Positions 39,204 through 48,112 of a stretch of 64,000 bases of DNA are shown here, in pieces. How positions within the stretch are numbered: position 1 is the stretch's first letter; every line of letters starts with the position of its first letter. Position numbers and translations under genes: made by a program. A model generated the notes under the pieces. The model ran no database searches and was not told where the DNA came from. It saw nothing but the letters and a program-made list of their open reading frames with translations. This stretch comes from Dehalococcoidia bacterium (GTDB taxonomy: Bacteria; Chloroflexota; Dehalococcoidia; UBA2979). The DNA lies in assembly GCA_020634075.1 (NCBI GenBank), contig JACKCJ010000009.1:31997-95996 (forward strand), read 5' to 3'.

Positions 39204-42200
39204 CCGCCGACGGCGGCGAGCTGGCCGGCCTGGACCGTCGAACCAGCCTCGTGCGCGCCGCCGAGGACGCCGAGGATCGGGCGCAGCCGGGCGACGATTC
39301 GCTCGAGTTCTGCCCCGTTCACAGCGCCACGGGCGAGCGAGACGACCTGCCCGCCGCGCGTCTTCACCCTGAGCTCGACGGGGAGGTCTCCCGCGAAGTC
39401 ATCGAGCACGGCGCAGACCCGGCGCACGCGGCGCAGGTCCGCAGCCTCGTCCGTGGTCTCTTCCATCTCGACCACGAGCCGGTGGTCGCCGGTGTCTTCG
39501 ATCGGCACGCGCGACGGCGGCGGTGCGTCCTCGTCGTCCGTGCGGGCGACGACCGACAGGTGCGAGGGGCGCGCCGCGGGCGCCGTCTGCCTCGAACCAC
39601 CGTTGGGGCCACCCGGCCCGGATGGGGGCGGAGTCGACGGCGGCGTTGGGTTCGGACGGTACGGCGCGGGGGCCTCGGCGACAGCGCGCTGTTGCCAGCC
39701 GCCACGCGAGGCGGAGCGCGCCTGGAACTTGTTCTGGTCGAAGTTCACCAGCCGGTCGGCTTCCTGGTCGTAGGCGCACGCCTCGAGGACGCCCGCCGAC
39801 ACGCGGTCGCCGCGCATCCGCACGTTCGTCTTCATCAGCAGGATCGTGCCCTCGGCGAGGATGCCCTGCTCCTTGAAGCGCTCGTACGCGTCCGACCAGA
39901 TCATGACCTCGACCTGCCCGGAGAGGTCCTCGACGGTGACGGCCGCGAACGTCTTGCCCTGCTTCGTCTGCAGCGGCCGCACCCCGACGACGAGGCCCGC
40001 GAGGATCGCGTCCTGCCCGGCAAGGTCCGCGCCCACCTCGGCGCAGCGGTGCGACGTGTAGCGACCGAGGGTGCGCGCAGCACGAGAGAACGGGTGCTCC
40101 GAGATGTACGTCCCGAGCAACTCCTTCTCCCACGCGAGGAGCTGCGGCTGCGGGATCCGCACGGAGTCCAGCTCGAGCGCCGGGAGCGGCGTGTTCACCT
40201 CGTCGCCGAACATGTCGAACATGCTCGTCTGGCCGGTCTCGCGGAGCTTCTGCTCCTGCTGCGCCAGTGACGCGAGGCGGTCCACGCCGGAGACGATCGC
40301 GCCGCGGTCACCGAGGCTGTCGAGGGCGCCGGCCTTCGCCAGCGCGTCGAGCACGCGCTTGTTCACGTCGTGCGGGTTGATGCGGCGCGCGAAGTCCTCG
40401 ATCGACTCGAAGTCGCTCGACTCGCGCTCCGCGATGAGACCCTCGACGCCGCCCAGGCCGACGTTCTTGATCTGCGCGAGGCCGTAGCGGATCGCCTCGG
40501 CGCCGTCCGGGCCTACCTCGATGGTGAAGTTCACGCCGCTGCGGTTCACGTCGGGCTGGAGGACGGCGATGCCGAGGCGGTTGCACTCCGCGATCGCCTG
40601 CGCGATGCGGTCGGAGTTGCCGTTCGCGGCCTGCAGCACGGCCGTCATGTACTCGGCCGGGTAGTGCGCCTTCAGGTAGGCGGTCTGGTAGGCGATCGTG
40701 CCGTAGCAGACGGCGTGCGCCTTGTTGAACGCGTACCCGGCGAACGGCTCGATGAGGTCGAAGAGCTGGTTCCCGAGATGCTCGTCGTTGCCCTGCTCGC
40801 GCACGCCGGCGAGGAAGCGCTCGCGCTCCTCGACCATGATCGCGGCGACCTTCTTGCCCATCGCCTTCCGCATCACGTCGGCCTGGCCCAGCGAGTAGCC
40901 GGCGAAGGCGCGCGCGATGTGGAGCACCTGCTCCTGGTAGGTGATGACGCCGTAGGTCTCTTCGAGGATCGGGCGGAGCTTCTCGTGCGGGTAGAACGCC
41001 TCGGCGCGCCCGTGCTTCACATCGATGTACTTCGGGATCTGCTCGAGCGGGCCGGGCCGGAAGAGGGCGACCATGGCGGAGAGCTCGCGGATGTTCTGCG
41101 GCTTCAGCTCCATGACGTACCGGCGCATGCCCGCCGACTCCATCTGGAACACGCCGAACGTGTCGCCGTTCCCGAGGATGTCCGCCGTGGCGGGATCGCC
41201 GTCCGGGATATCGAGCAGGTTCAGCCGCTCACCGCGACGTTCCTCGATCAGGTTGAGCGCCTTCTCGAGGATCGTGAGGTTCGTCAGGCCGAGGTAGTCG
41301 ACCTTCAGCAGGCCGATCTTCTCGATGTCGCCCATCGGGTACTGCGTCGTCGGAACCGAGGTCTCCTCGTCCGCGTCCTTGCTCGTCGCGCGCTGCAGCG
41401 GCACGACGTTCGTCAGCGGTTCCGAGGAGATGACGACGCCGGCAGCGTGCGTCGACGAGTGCCGAGCGACGCCCTCGAGGGCCTGGGCCGTGTCGACGAG
41501 TTCGCGGACGGCGGGCTCTGCCTCGTACGCGGCCTGCAGCTCGGGCGACTGCTTGAGCGCGTCGGCGAGGGTGATGTGCAGGGCATCCGGCACCATCCGC
41601 GCGACGCGGTCCGCGGCGCCGAAGTCCATGCCCAGCGCGCGACCGGAGTCGCGAAGGGCGGCCTTCGCCCCCAGCGTCCCGAAGGTGCAGATCTGCGCGA
41701 CGCGGTCGCGGCCATACTTCTCGACGGTGTACTGGATGATCTCGCCGCGGCGCTCGTCCGCGAAGTCGAAGTCGACGTCAGGCATCGAGATGCGCTCGGG
41801 GTTGAGGAACCGCTCGAACACCAGCCCGTACGAGAGCGGTTCGATGTCCGTCACGTCGAGCGTGTACAGGATGATCGAGGACGCGGCCGAGCCCCGGACG
41901 CCCATGCGGATGCCCGCCGACTTCGCGAACTTCGCGATGTCCTGGACGATCAGCATGTACTCGTCGAACCCGGTCTGAGCGACGACGTCCAGCTCGTAGT
42001 TGAGCCGGTCGCGGTGCATGTCGGTCACGTCCGGGTAGCGGCGGTAGAGGCCTTCCTCGCACTGCTCGCGGAGCCACTGGCGCGCGGTCTTGCCGTCCGG
42101 GATCCCGGGGTTCGGGAGCTGGGTGCGCCCGAACTGAATGTCGATGTTCACCCGCTCCGCGATCGCCGCCGTATTGTCGGCCGCCTCCGGGTGGTCCGGG

Positions 42201-42952
42201 AACAGCGACCGCATCTCCTCCTCCGAACGGAGGTAGAACGTGTGGCCGTCGAGCTTGAAGCGGTTCTCGTCGTGGATCGTGCTGTTCGAGCCGATGCAGA
42301 GCAGCACCTCGTGCGCGCGGACGTCGTCCGGGCCGGTGTAGTGCGAGTCGTTGGTGACGACGGTCGGCAGGCCCATCTTGCGGGCGACGTCGAACACGCG
42401 CGGCATCAGCGGCGTGAACTCCGCGATCCCGTGCTCCATCACCTCGAGGTAGTAGCGGTCCTTGAAGACATCGCGGAACCAGCCCGCGACCTCCATCGCC
42501 TTCTGCTCGTCATCCTCGCGGAGGGCGGACATGAACTCGCCGGACGGGCAGCCTGAGAGGACGATCAGCCCCTCGGAGTGCGCCTCCAGGAGCTCCTTGT
42601 CCATCCTCGGGCGGTAGTAGAAGCCCTCGAGGTGGGCGGCGGAGGAGAGCTTGAGGAGGTTGCGGTAGCCGGTCTCGTTCTCGGCGAGCAGGGTCAGGTG
42701 GTGGGGGAAGCGCTTCTTCGGGTCCTTCTCGAACCGCGAGTCGGGCGCGACGTACCCCTCCATGCCGATGATCGGCTTGATCCCGTGCTTCTTGGCCGAC
42801 TGGTAGAACTCGATGGCTCCGTAGAGGGCGCCATGGTCCGTGATCGCGAGCGCTTCCTGGCCCAGGGACTTCGCGCGCTCCAGCAGCGGGTCGATCTTCG
42901 ACAGGCCGTCGAGGAGCGAGTACTCCGTGTGCGTGTGGAGGTGGGCGAACAT
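39200..42952 (-). CDS. dnaE: DNA polymerase III alpha subunit DnaE (1250 aa) with extended C-terminus
   Basis: PHP domain MFAHLHTHTEYSLLDG, a palm/fingers region conserved by eye, an OB fold, then a Pro-rich linker and an extra module of about 90 aa. Confidence 0.97.
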   Translation of the reverse strand: MFAHLHTHTEYSLLDGLSKIDPLLERAKSLGQEALAITDHGALYGAIEFYQSAKKHGIKPIIGMEGYVAPDSRFEKDPKKRFPHHLTLLAENETGYRNLLKLSSAAHLEGFYYRPRMDKELLEAHSEGLIVLSGCPSGEFMSALREDDEQKAMEVAGWFRDVFKDRYYLEVMEHGIAEFTPLMPRVFDVARKMGLPTVVTNDSHYTGPDDVRAHEVLLCIGSNSTIHDENRFKLDGHTFYLRSEEEMRSLFPDHPEAADNTAAIAERVNIDIQFGRTQLPNPGIPDGKTARQWLREQCEEGLYRRYPDVTDMHRDRLNYELDVVAQTGFDEYMLIVQDIAKFAKSAGIRMGVRGSAASSIILYTLDVTDIEPLSYGLVFERFLNPERISMPDVDFDFADERRGEIIQYTVEKYGRDRVAQICTFGTLGAKAALRDSGRALGMDFGAADRVARMVPDALHITLADALKQSPELQAAYEAEPAVRELVDTAQALEGVARHSSTHAAGVVISSEPLTNVVPLQRATSKDADEETSVPTTQYPMGDIEKIGLLKVDYLGLTNLTILEKALNLIEERRGERLNLLDIPDGDPATADILGNGDTFGVFQMESAGMRRYVMELKPQNIRELSAMVALFRPGPLEQIPKYIDVKHGRAEAFYPHEKLRPILEETYGVITYQEQVLHIARAFAGYSLGQADVMRKAMGKKVAAIMVEERERFLAGVREQGNDEHLGNQLFDLIEPFAGYAFNKAHAVCYGTIAYQTAYLKAHYPAEYMTAVLQAANGNSDRIAQAIAECNRLGIAVLQPDVNRSGVNFTIEVGPDGAEAIRYGLAQIKNVGLGGVEGLIAERESSDFESIEDFARRINPHDVNKRVLDALAKAGALDSLGDRGAIVSGVDRLASLAQQEQKLRETGQTSMFDMFGDEVNTPLPALELDSVRIPQPQLLAWEKELLGTYISEHPFSRAARTLGRYTSHRCAEVGADLAGQDAILAGLVVGVRPLQTKQGKTFAAVTVEDLSGQVEVMIWSDAYERFKEQGILAEGTILLMKTNVRMRGDRVSAGVLEACAYDQEADRLVNFDQNKFQARSASRGGWQQRAVAEAPAPYRPNPTPPSTPPPSGPGGPNGGSRQTAPAARPSHLSVVARTDDEDAPPPSRVPIEDTGDHRLVVEMEETTDEAADLRRVRRVCAVLDDFAGDLPVELRVKTRGGQVVSLARGAVNGAELERIVARLRPILGVLGGAHEAGSTVQAGQLAAVGG

Positions 42953-43281
42953 CGGACCGCCGGAGCTGAGTTAAACCGCGAATTCGTATAGGCCACTGCG
43001 CGAACGGGCGTTCGTGACCCCGGGAGGGCAACGCTACCACTCCGGCCAACCCCCTGCCACCCCGAACCGCCCTCGGCGGACTCATCCCGACTCCGGAACG
43101 CCTCCCGGCAGGCGGAAGAGGTTGGGAGAGGGGTTTCACTCCGCGCCAACCTCGAGGTGGGCGACGTCGGCCGCCGGACAGTTCCGGACATGCCCTGGCC
43201 TCCCCTCGCATTCACGCGCAGGAGGCGTATCGTCCGTCCCTTCTTCCCGGCGCACGCGGCCGGGAGTAGCGGGGTTCGGCC

Positions 43282-44211
43282 ATGCGCCCGATCCACTTCG
43301 CCGTCCTCCTCACCGTCGCCTCGATCTGGGGCGCCTCCTTCATGCTCATCAAGGTGATGTCCGAGGAGCTGTCGCCGCTCGCGATCGTCTGGGTGCGGCT
43401 CGGCGGCGGTGGCATCGTCATCACCGGCGTGCTCGTCGCCCTGCGGGTGCGTGCGCCGAGGGAGCTGCGCTACTGGGGCCACGCGGTCGTCGTCGCGGCG
43501 CTCGGTACGGCGATCCCGTACGTGCTCATCTCCTGGGGCACGGGGCAGATCCCCTCGAACCTCGCCGCCGTGCTCAACGGCGCGATGCCGTTCTGGGTGG
43601 CGATCCTCTCGACGGCGTTCCTCCCCGCCGAGCGCCTGACGACGAACAAGACGATCGGCGTCTCGCTCGGCTTCGTGGGGATCGCGCTGATCATCGGACC
43701 GGACGCGCTCGACCTTCGCGCGGGCAGCACCCAGGGGCAGTTCGCGATCATCCTCGCGGCGTTCTCCTATGCCGCCGGCGCCGTGTACCTGCGGAAGTTC
43801 CTGCTCGGCACCAGCCCGTGGTTCCTCGCCGGCGCGCAGAACTGGATCGCGTTCCTGATGGTGACGCCGCTCGTCATCGGCGCGAGCGAGGTGCCCGACT
43901 TCCCGTCGCTCCAGCGCGACACCCTGCTCGCGGCGGGCGCAGCCGCCCTGCTCGCCCAGGGGACCGCCATCCCGCTCTACTACTGGCTCGTCTCGAACGT
44001 GGAAGCGACGCAGGCCTCGTTCGTGACGTACCTCGCGCCCGTGACTGCGCAGTTCTGGGGCTGGCTCGTCCTTTCCGAGGTGCCCGGCGCAGCCCTGGTC
44101 CCCGGCATGGCGCTGGTGATCCTCGGGATGCTGTTCCTGAACCGCCGCGCGAAGGTGCCCGAAGCTCGCCTTGCGGAAGCGGCGGCCGTCATTTCACGCA
44201 CTGATCACTAG
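43282..44211 (+). CDS. DMT-superfamily (EamA-like) transporter
   Basis: 309 aa, about 10 TM. SIWGASFMLIKV and two EamA-like halves. Confidence 0.85.
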   Translation: MRPIHFAVLLTVASIWGASFMLIKVMSEELSPLAIVWVRLGGGGIVITGVLVALRVRAPRELRYWGHAVVVAALGTAIPYVLISWGTGQIPSNLAAVLNGAMPFWVAILSTAFLPAERLTTNKTIGVSLGFVGIALIIGPDALDLRAGSTQGQFAIILAAFSYAAGAVYLRKFLLGTSPWFLAGAQNWIAFLMVTPLVIGASEVPDFPSLQRDTLLAAGAAALLAQGTAIPLYYWLVSNVEATQASFVTYLAPVTAQFWGWLVLSEVPGAALVPGMALVILGMLFLNRRAKVPEARLAEAAAVISRTDH

Positions 44212-44276
44212 GCAGAGTTGTCCGCTGGGCTGCGGGAGTCGATCCTGTAGTTCCCCCACCGACCCCGGAGGCCCAC

Positions 44277-45254
44277 GTGACCCGTCGATTGCTGCGCCAG
44301 TTCGTCACCCTCGCGATCCTCGGTGTGGGAGGCGTCGCCCTCCTCGCCTGCTCGAGCGGTGGAAGCGACGAGCTGACGTGGGACGCGCGCAGCATCCAGG
44401 ACTCGACGGATGGTGCCCCGTTCGTCCCCTCGATCCTCCCGACGAGCGTCGGCGTGGGCGACAGCCGCATGCTCTTCGCGCTGATCGACCGCGAGACGGG
44501 CACGCTCGTCTCAGACGCAACCCTCGAGGCGCACTACTACCGCCTCGCCGAGGATCCCGAGGCGGAGCCGAAGACCTCCGAGGAGGTCGCCACGCTGGAC
44601 GTCGTGAAGCGCGTGCTCGACCTGCGCGGCGTGGTCAGTGACGGCACCCCCGCGGCCGACTCGGACCTCACCACCGTCTACTCCTCGACGCCGTCGTTCG
44701 ATGCAGCCGGCTACTGGGGCGTCGTGCTCGACATCGAGTACCAGGGCAAGACCTACCACCCGCGCATGAAGTTCTGGGTACTCCAGGAGACGCCCGAGAT
44801 CGGCATTGGTCAGCCGGCGCCGGCATCCACGCAGCTCACCCTCGCGGACGTCGACAGCGCGTCGGCGATCAGCAGCATGACGAACCCGAACGAGGACATG
44901 CTGGACGAGACGGTGGCGGACGCCCTCAAGACCGGGAACCCGATCGTCGTGGCGTTCGTGACGCCGACGTTCTGCCAGACGCGCTTCTGCGGCCCGGTGA
45001 TGGACGCCGTCGTGCAGCCGGCGTGGGAGAAGTACGGCGACCGCGTGGAGTTCATCCACATCGAGCCCTACGACCTCGCGAAGGCACGCGGTGAGGGCGT
45101 CCTCGAGCCGGTCCCCACGATCGCCGAGTGGGGGATCCGCCAGGAGCCGTTCATCTTCGTGATCGACCGCGAGGGAATCGTGCGCTCGAAGCTCGAGGGC
45201 GTCACCGACGTCAACGAGCTTTCCGACGCGATCGAGAAGGTCCTCGCCGAGTAG
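44277..45254 (+). CDS. lipoprotein with C-terminal thioredoxin/redoxin-like fold carrying a C-x4-C motif
   Basis: GTG 44277 with CCGGAGG SD. Lipobox LLAC. C-terminal GQPAPAS...IVVAFVTPTFCQTRFCGPV...FIHIEPY. Confidence 0.7.
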   Translation: MTRRLLRQFVTLAILGVGGVALLACSSGGSDELTWDARSIQDSTDGAPFVPSILPTSVGVGDSRMLFALIDRETGTLVSDATLEAHYYRLAEDPEAEPKTSEEVATLDVVKRVLDLRGVVSDGTPAADSDLTTVYSSTPSFDAAGYWGVVLDIEYQGKTYHPRMKFWVLQETPEIGIGQPAPASTQLTLADVDSASAISSMTNPNEDMLDETVADALKTGNPIVVAFVTPTFCQTRFCGPVMDAVVQPAWEKYGDRVEFIHIEPYDLAKARGEGVLEPVPTIAEWGIRQEPFIFVIDREGIVRSKLEGVTDVNELSDAIEKVLAE

Positions 45255-45278
45255 CGCTTCGGCGGCCTGCGCGGAGCG

Positions 45279-45632
45279 CTAGTCCGCCGCCATCGCGCGG
45301 CGCGCGAGGCCGACCGTCAGCAGATCCACCCCGGAGTGCTGTCCTTCGGCGACCGCCTCCACGTCGAACAACTCGTGCGTCGGCAGCGTGCCAGTGATCT
45401 CGACGACGGGGCTCTGCGGCAGATGGTCGATGACCGCCTGCGCCTGGTCGCGCGTCTCGAAGAGGTAGAGGGCGCCCCAGCGCCGTGACTCGGGGCTTGA
45501 GATCCACGTCTTCTGACGGAGCCCGGGCATCTGCTCGAAGCGCGCGATCGATCGCTCGACGAGGTAGTCGCGGAGTTCCTCGAACGTCGCGGGTGAGTCG
45601 GTCAGATCCCAGAGGACGAGCAGTGCGTGCAT
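45279..45632 (-). CDS. YdhR-like (ABM/dimeric alpha-beta barrel) putative monooxygenase
   Basis: 117 aa. LLVLWDL..FEELRDYL...MPGLRQKTWIS...WGALYLFETRDQAQA pattern. Confidence 0.7.
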   Translation of the reverse strand: MHALLVLWDLTDSPATFEELRDYLVERSIARFEQMPGLRQKTWISSPESRRWGALYLFETRDQAQAVIDHLPQSPVVEITGTLPTHELFDVEAVAEGQHSGVDLLTVGLARRAMAAD

Positions 45633-45667
45633 GGCCGCATGCTAGCGCTGGGAGCCGTCGCTGCGCG

Positions 45668-47503
45668 CTAGCAGCGCCACTTCAGGTACGTGGTGATCAC
45701 CGAGCAGTAGTGGGAGTCGTAGGACTCGTACGCATTGCCGACCACGGTGAGCTGCGCATCCACGACGCTCCATGACACCTGGCCCAGCGAGTACTGCGAG
45801 AGCAGGCTGTACAGGTTCACCTTCGCGTTCCAGTACTGGAGCCCGGTGGAGTGCAACACGCCCAGCTCCGGCTGCGTGAGCGCGGGGTGCGAGTTGTACC
45901 CCTGGAGCGCGGTCAGCATCGCCCGAGCCGCGTCCCCGGCGCCCATCGCGTACCCGTTCAGCAGCTGCGAGGGCGGGTCGATGTAGTTCGCCGCGAAGGT
46001 CCATTGCAGCAGGTAGTCGCTGATCTGGTCGTCCGCATCGAGCCACAGCGCGTCCACCTCGACGACGTAGTTGGCCACGTCGGCGGTGGCGCCGGTCGCG
46101 AGCGTGACGGTCTCCGTGTGCGAGCCGATGGTCCGCGTGCCACTGATCACCGTCAGGGAGTAGGTGGCGGACTTCATGACCGGCGGCCGGCACGCGAAGA
46201 AGAGATCCCCGTCGATGACCTCCCGGGGGATCACGGAGGTGCGGTCGCAGACGACGACGCCGTCCTGTCGCCACACCATGTTCACGGTGATGCCCTCGAG
46301 CGTGGACGGGAAGTTCGCCTGCAGGCAGAGCCCGACCATCCCGACCGCGCCGCTCGCCGTCCCGCCCTCGTCGGTACACCCGATGCCGTCATTCGTCTGA
46401 ACGGCAGCCATGAAGTGCATCCCGGTGAGCGTGGCGCCGGCCGGCGCAAACCGCTCGCCCGTGTCCTTCACGCCCCCGATGACGGCCGCGACCTCTTCAG
46501 TGTGGTCAGCGAGGCTCAGGGCGAGATTCAATCCGCTCTGGCTCAGGCCCGAGCTTCCGAGCAGGTTCGCGGTGATGATTCCGACCACACGACCGCTCTC
46601 GGTAAGGAGCGGGCCACCGCTGTTTCCAGGGTGAACGTCCGCCGTCGTCTGGATATAGGTGACGCCATCCGAGGTCTGGTACTGGGAGATGATCCCGTTC
46701 GTGAGCGTCGGCCGGACGTTCTCGCCGAAGGCCGCGACCGTGCTGCCCGGGTAACCCCAGGCCCAGACGTCGGTGCGAATCGCCTCGCGCTTGCTGTTGT
46801 TCCACTCGAGCCGCCTCGCGCTCGCCGGCGTGGTCGCGCGGATCGCGGCGACATCGCGACGGACATCGAAGCCGATCACGGTGCCCTTGGACTCGGTGCC
46901 GTCTGCGAAGACGACGGTGATCGAGGTGGCTCCGTCGATCACGTGCTGGTTCGTGAGCAGGATGTCCCGGTCGACGATGAAGGCCGAGCCGGAACCGTAC
47001 GGTCCGTACTCATCCGATACCCGGACGAGAGCCATCGCGTTCTCGGCCTCTTCAACGCTCGTCGCAGCGGCGATGCGCTTGATGACGGTGAAGCGGCGCT
47101 CGCTGAACTGGAGCGTCGAGCCATTCACCCGGACCGTCACGGTGAAGTAGAGCGTGGTCGCATCCGCGGGCACCTGGACGGTGTCCGTGAAGGTCTCAAT
47201 CGCCTTCTTACCCGTGAAGTGACGGCTCTGGTTACGAGGCGTTCCGGCGCTGCTGGACCGCGTGTCCCACGCGACCCAGGTCTCGGAGCCCTGGATGTCC
47301 CTCAAGCGCCACGAAATCGCGAGGGGGCTGCCCTGCGTTGGCTTCGGCGCGGTGAACTGGATGAGTTTCGGGGTAGCGGCTTCCGCGACATCGAGCGTGA
47401 CCAGCCCGATACCGAGTCCGAAGACAACCGCAATCAGCGGCAACAGCCGTCGAAGAACCCCGCCCACATCGGAGACCGTACACGAGCCCGAGAGTCCGTG
47501 CAC
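45668..47503 (-). CDS. membrane-anchored trypsin-like (S1) serine protease with unknown N- and C-terminal domains
   Basis: GTG 47503. TM helix LLPLIAVVFGLGIGLV. Triad contexts TNQHV / RRDVAAI / GNSGGP. No PDZ domain. About 270-aa C-terminal region with 6 Cys, ending KWRC. Confidence 0.85.
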   Translation of the reverse strand: MHGLSGSCTVSDVGGVLRRLLPLIAVVFGLGIGLVTLDVAEAATPKLIQFTAPKPTQGSPLAISWRLRDIQGSETWVAWDTRSSSAGTPRNQSRHFTGKKAIETFTDTVQVPADATTLYFTVTVRVNGSTLQFSERRFTVIKRIAAATSVEEAENAMALVRVSDEYGPYGSGSAFIVDRDILLTNQHVIDGATSITVVFADGTESKGTVIGFDVRRDVAAIRATTPASARRLEWNNSKREAIRTDVWAWGYPGSTVAAFGENVRPTLTNGIISQYQTSDGVTYIQTTADVHPGNSGGPLLTESGRVVGIITANLLGSSGLSQSGLNLALSLADHTEEVAAVIGGVKDTGERFAPAGATLTGMHFMAAVQTNDGIGCTDEGGTASGAVGMVGLCLQANFPSTLEGITVNMVWRQDGVVVCDRTSVIPREVIDGDLFFACRPPVMKSATYSLTVISGTRTIGSHTETVTLATGATADVANYVVEVDALWLDADDQISDYLLQWTFAANYIDPPSQLLNGYAMGAGDAARAMLTALQGYNSHPALTQPELGVLHSTGLQYWNAKVNLYSLLSQYSLGQVSWSVVDAQLTVVGNAYESYDSHYCSVITTYLKWRC

Positions 47504-47530
47504 TCGATGACAGGTAAAGGATCGGAGAAG

Positions 47531-48112
47531 TCAGACCTCGGAACGAAGGTACGCCGTCGACAGAGCGTCCGCGTATTCGTTCCACAGCGAGCCGTCGTGG
47601 GCCTTGATCCAGCGGATGCGCACGTTCGGGCGTTCGAGGAAGAGCTCGTACGCGAGCCGGACGAGGTCGAGGTTCTTCACCTCGCCGTCGCGGCGCTTCC
47701 AGCCGTTCCGCTTCCAGCCGGCAGCCCACTGGGTCAGCGTATTCACGACGAGCTGCGAGTCTGTGTAGACGTCCATCTCCTCCGCCGGGCCGAGCATCTC
47801 CAGCCCGTGGATCATCGCCGTGAACTCCATGCGGTTGTTCGTGGTCGCGGGATCCTCGCCGTGGTCGGACGCGAGGATGCGTCCGTCCATGACGTAGACC
47901 ACGCCCCACCCACCGGGACCGGGATTGCCGGAGCAGGAGCCATCCGTGAACACACCGGTCTGAGGCCCATCGGCGTAGCGCTCAAGCACCTGCGCGACGG
48001 TGATCGGCGACGATGGGCGCGTCGAGCCCCCCTGGGGGCGTCGGTAAGACGACCGGACCGGCGATGGGCGGCGCGAGGGGTCACCTCGGCCGCCGCTATT
48101 CCAGCGAGACAC
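47531..48112 (-). CDS. rnhA: ribonuclease HI
   Basis: TDGSCSGNPGPGGWG, NNRMEF, YTDSQ and NEYAD acidic-residue contexts. GTG 48112 gives a 41-aa Arg/Pro/Ser-rich extension and a 17-nt overlap with the upstream gene. In-frame GTG 47989 would give about 152 aa. Start uncertain. Confidence 0.85.
   Translation of the reverse strand: MSRWNSGGRGDPSRRPSPVRSSYRRPQGGSTRPSSPITVAQVLERYADGPQTGVFTDGSCSGNPGPGGWGVVYVMDGRILASDHGEDPATTNNRMEFTAMIHGLEMLGPAEEMDVYTDSQLVVNTLTQWAAGWKRNGWKRRDGEVKNLDLVRLAYELFLERPNVRIRWIKAHDGSLWNEYADALSTAYLRSEV

Noticed and set aside
40370-42556. 728-aa plus-strand ORF inside dnaE
   Set aside because: It is antisense to a full-length DNA polymerase III alpha, and its composition (Arg/Val/Leu/Asp-rich) is typical of non-coding frames in GC-rich DNA.
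42953-43281. 329-bp dnaE / EamA divergent spacer inspected for an ncRNA or riboswitch
   Set aside because: It contains an 8-bp stem (GAGGTTGG...CCAACCTC) and a slightly AT-rich patch near dnaE (GAGTTAAACCGCGAATTCGTATAGG). Nothing matches an RNA family I can recognise. An Rfam/Infernal scan would be needed.
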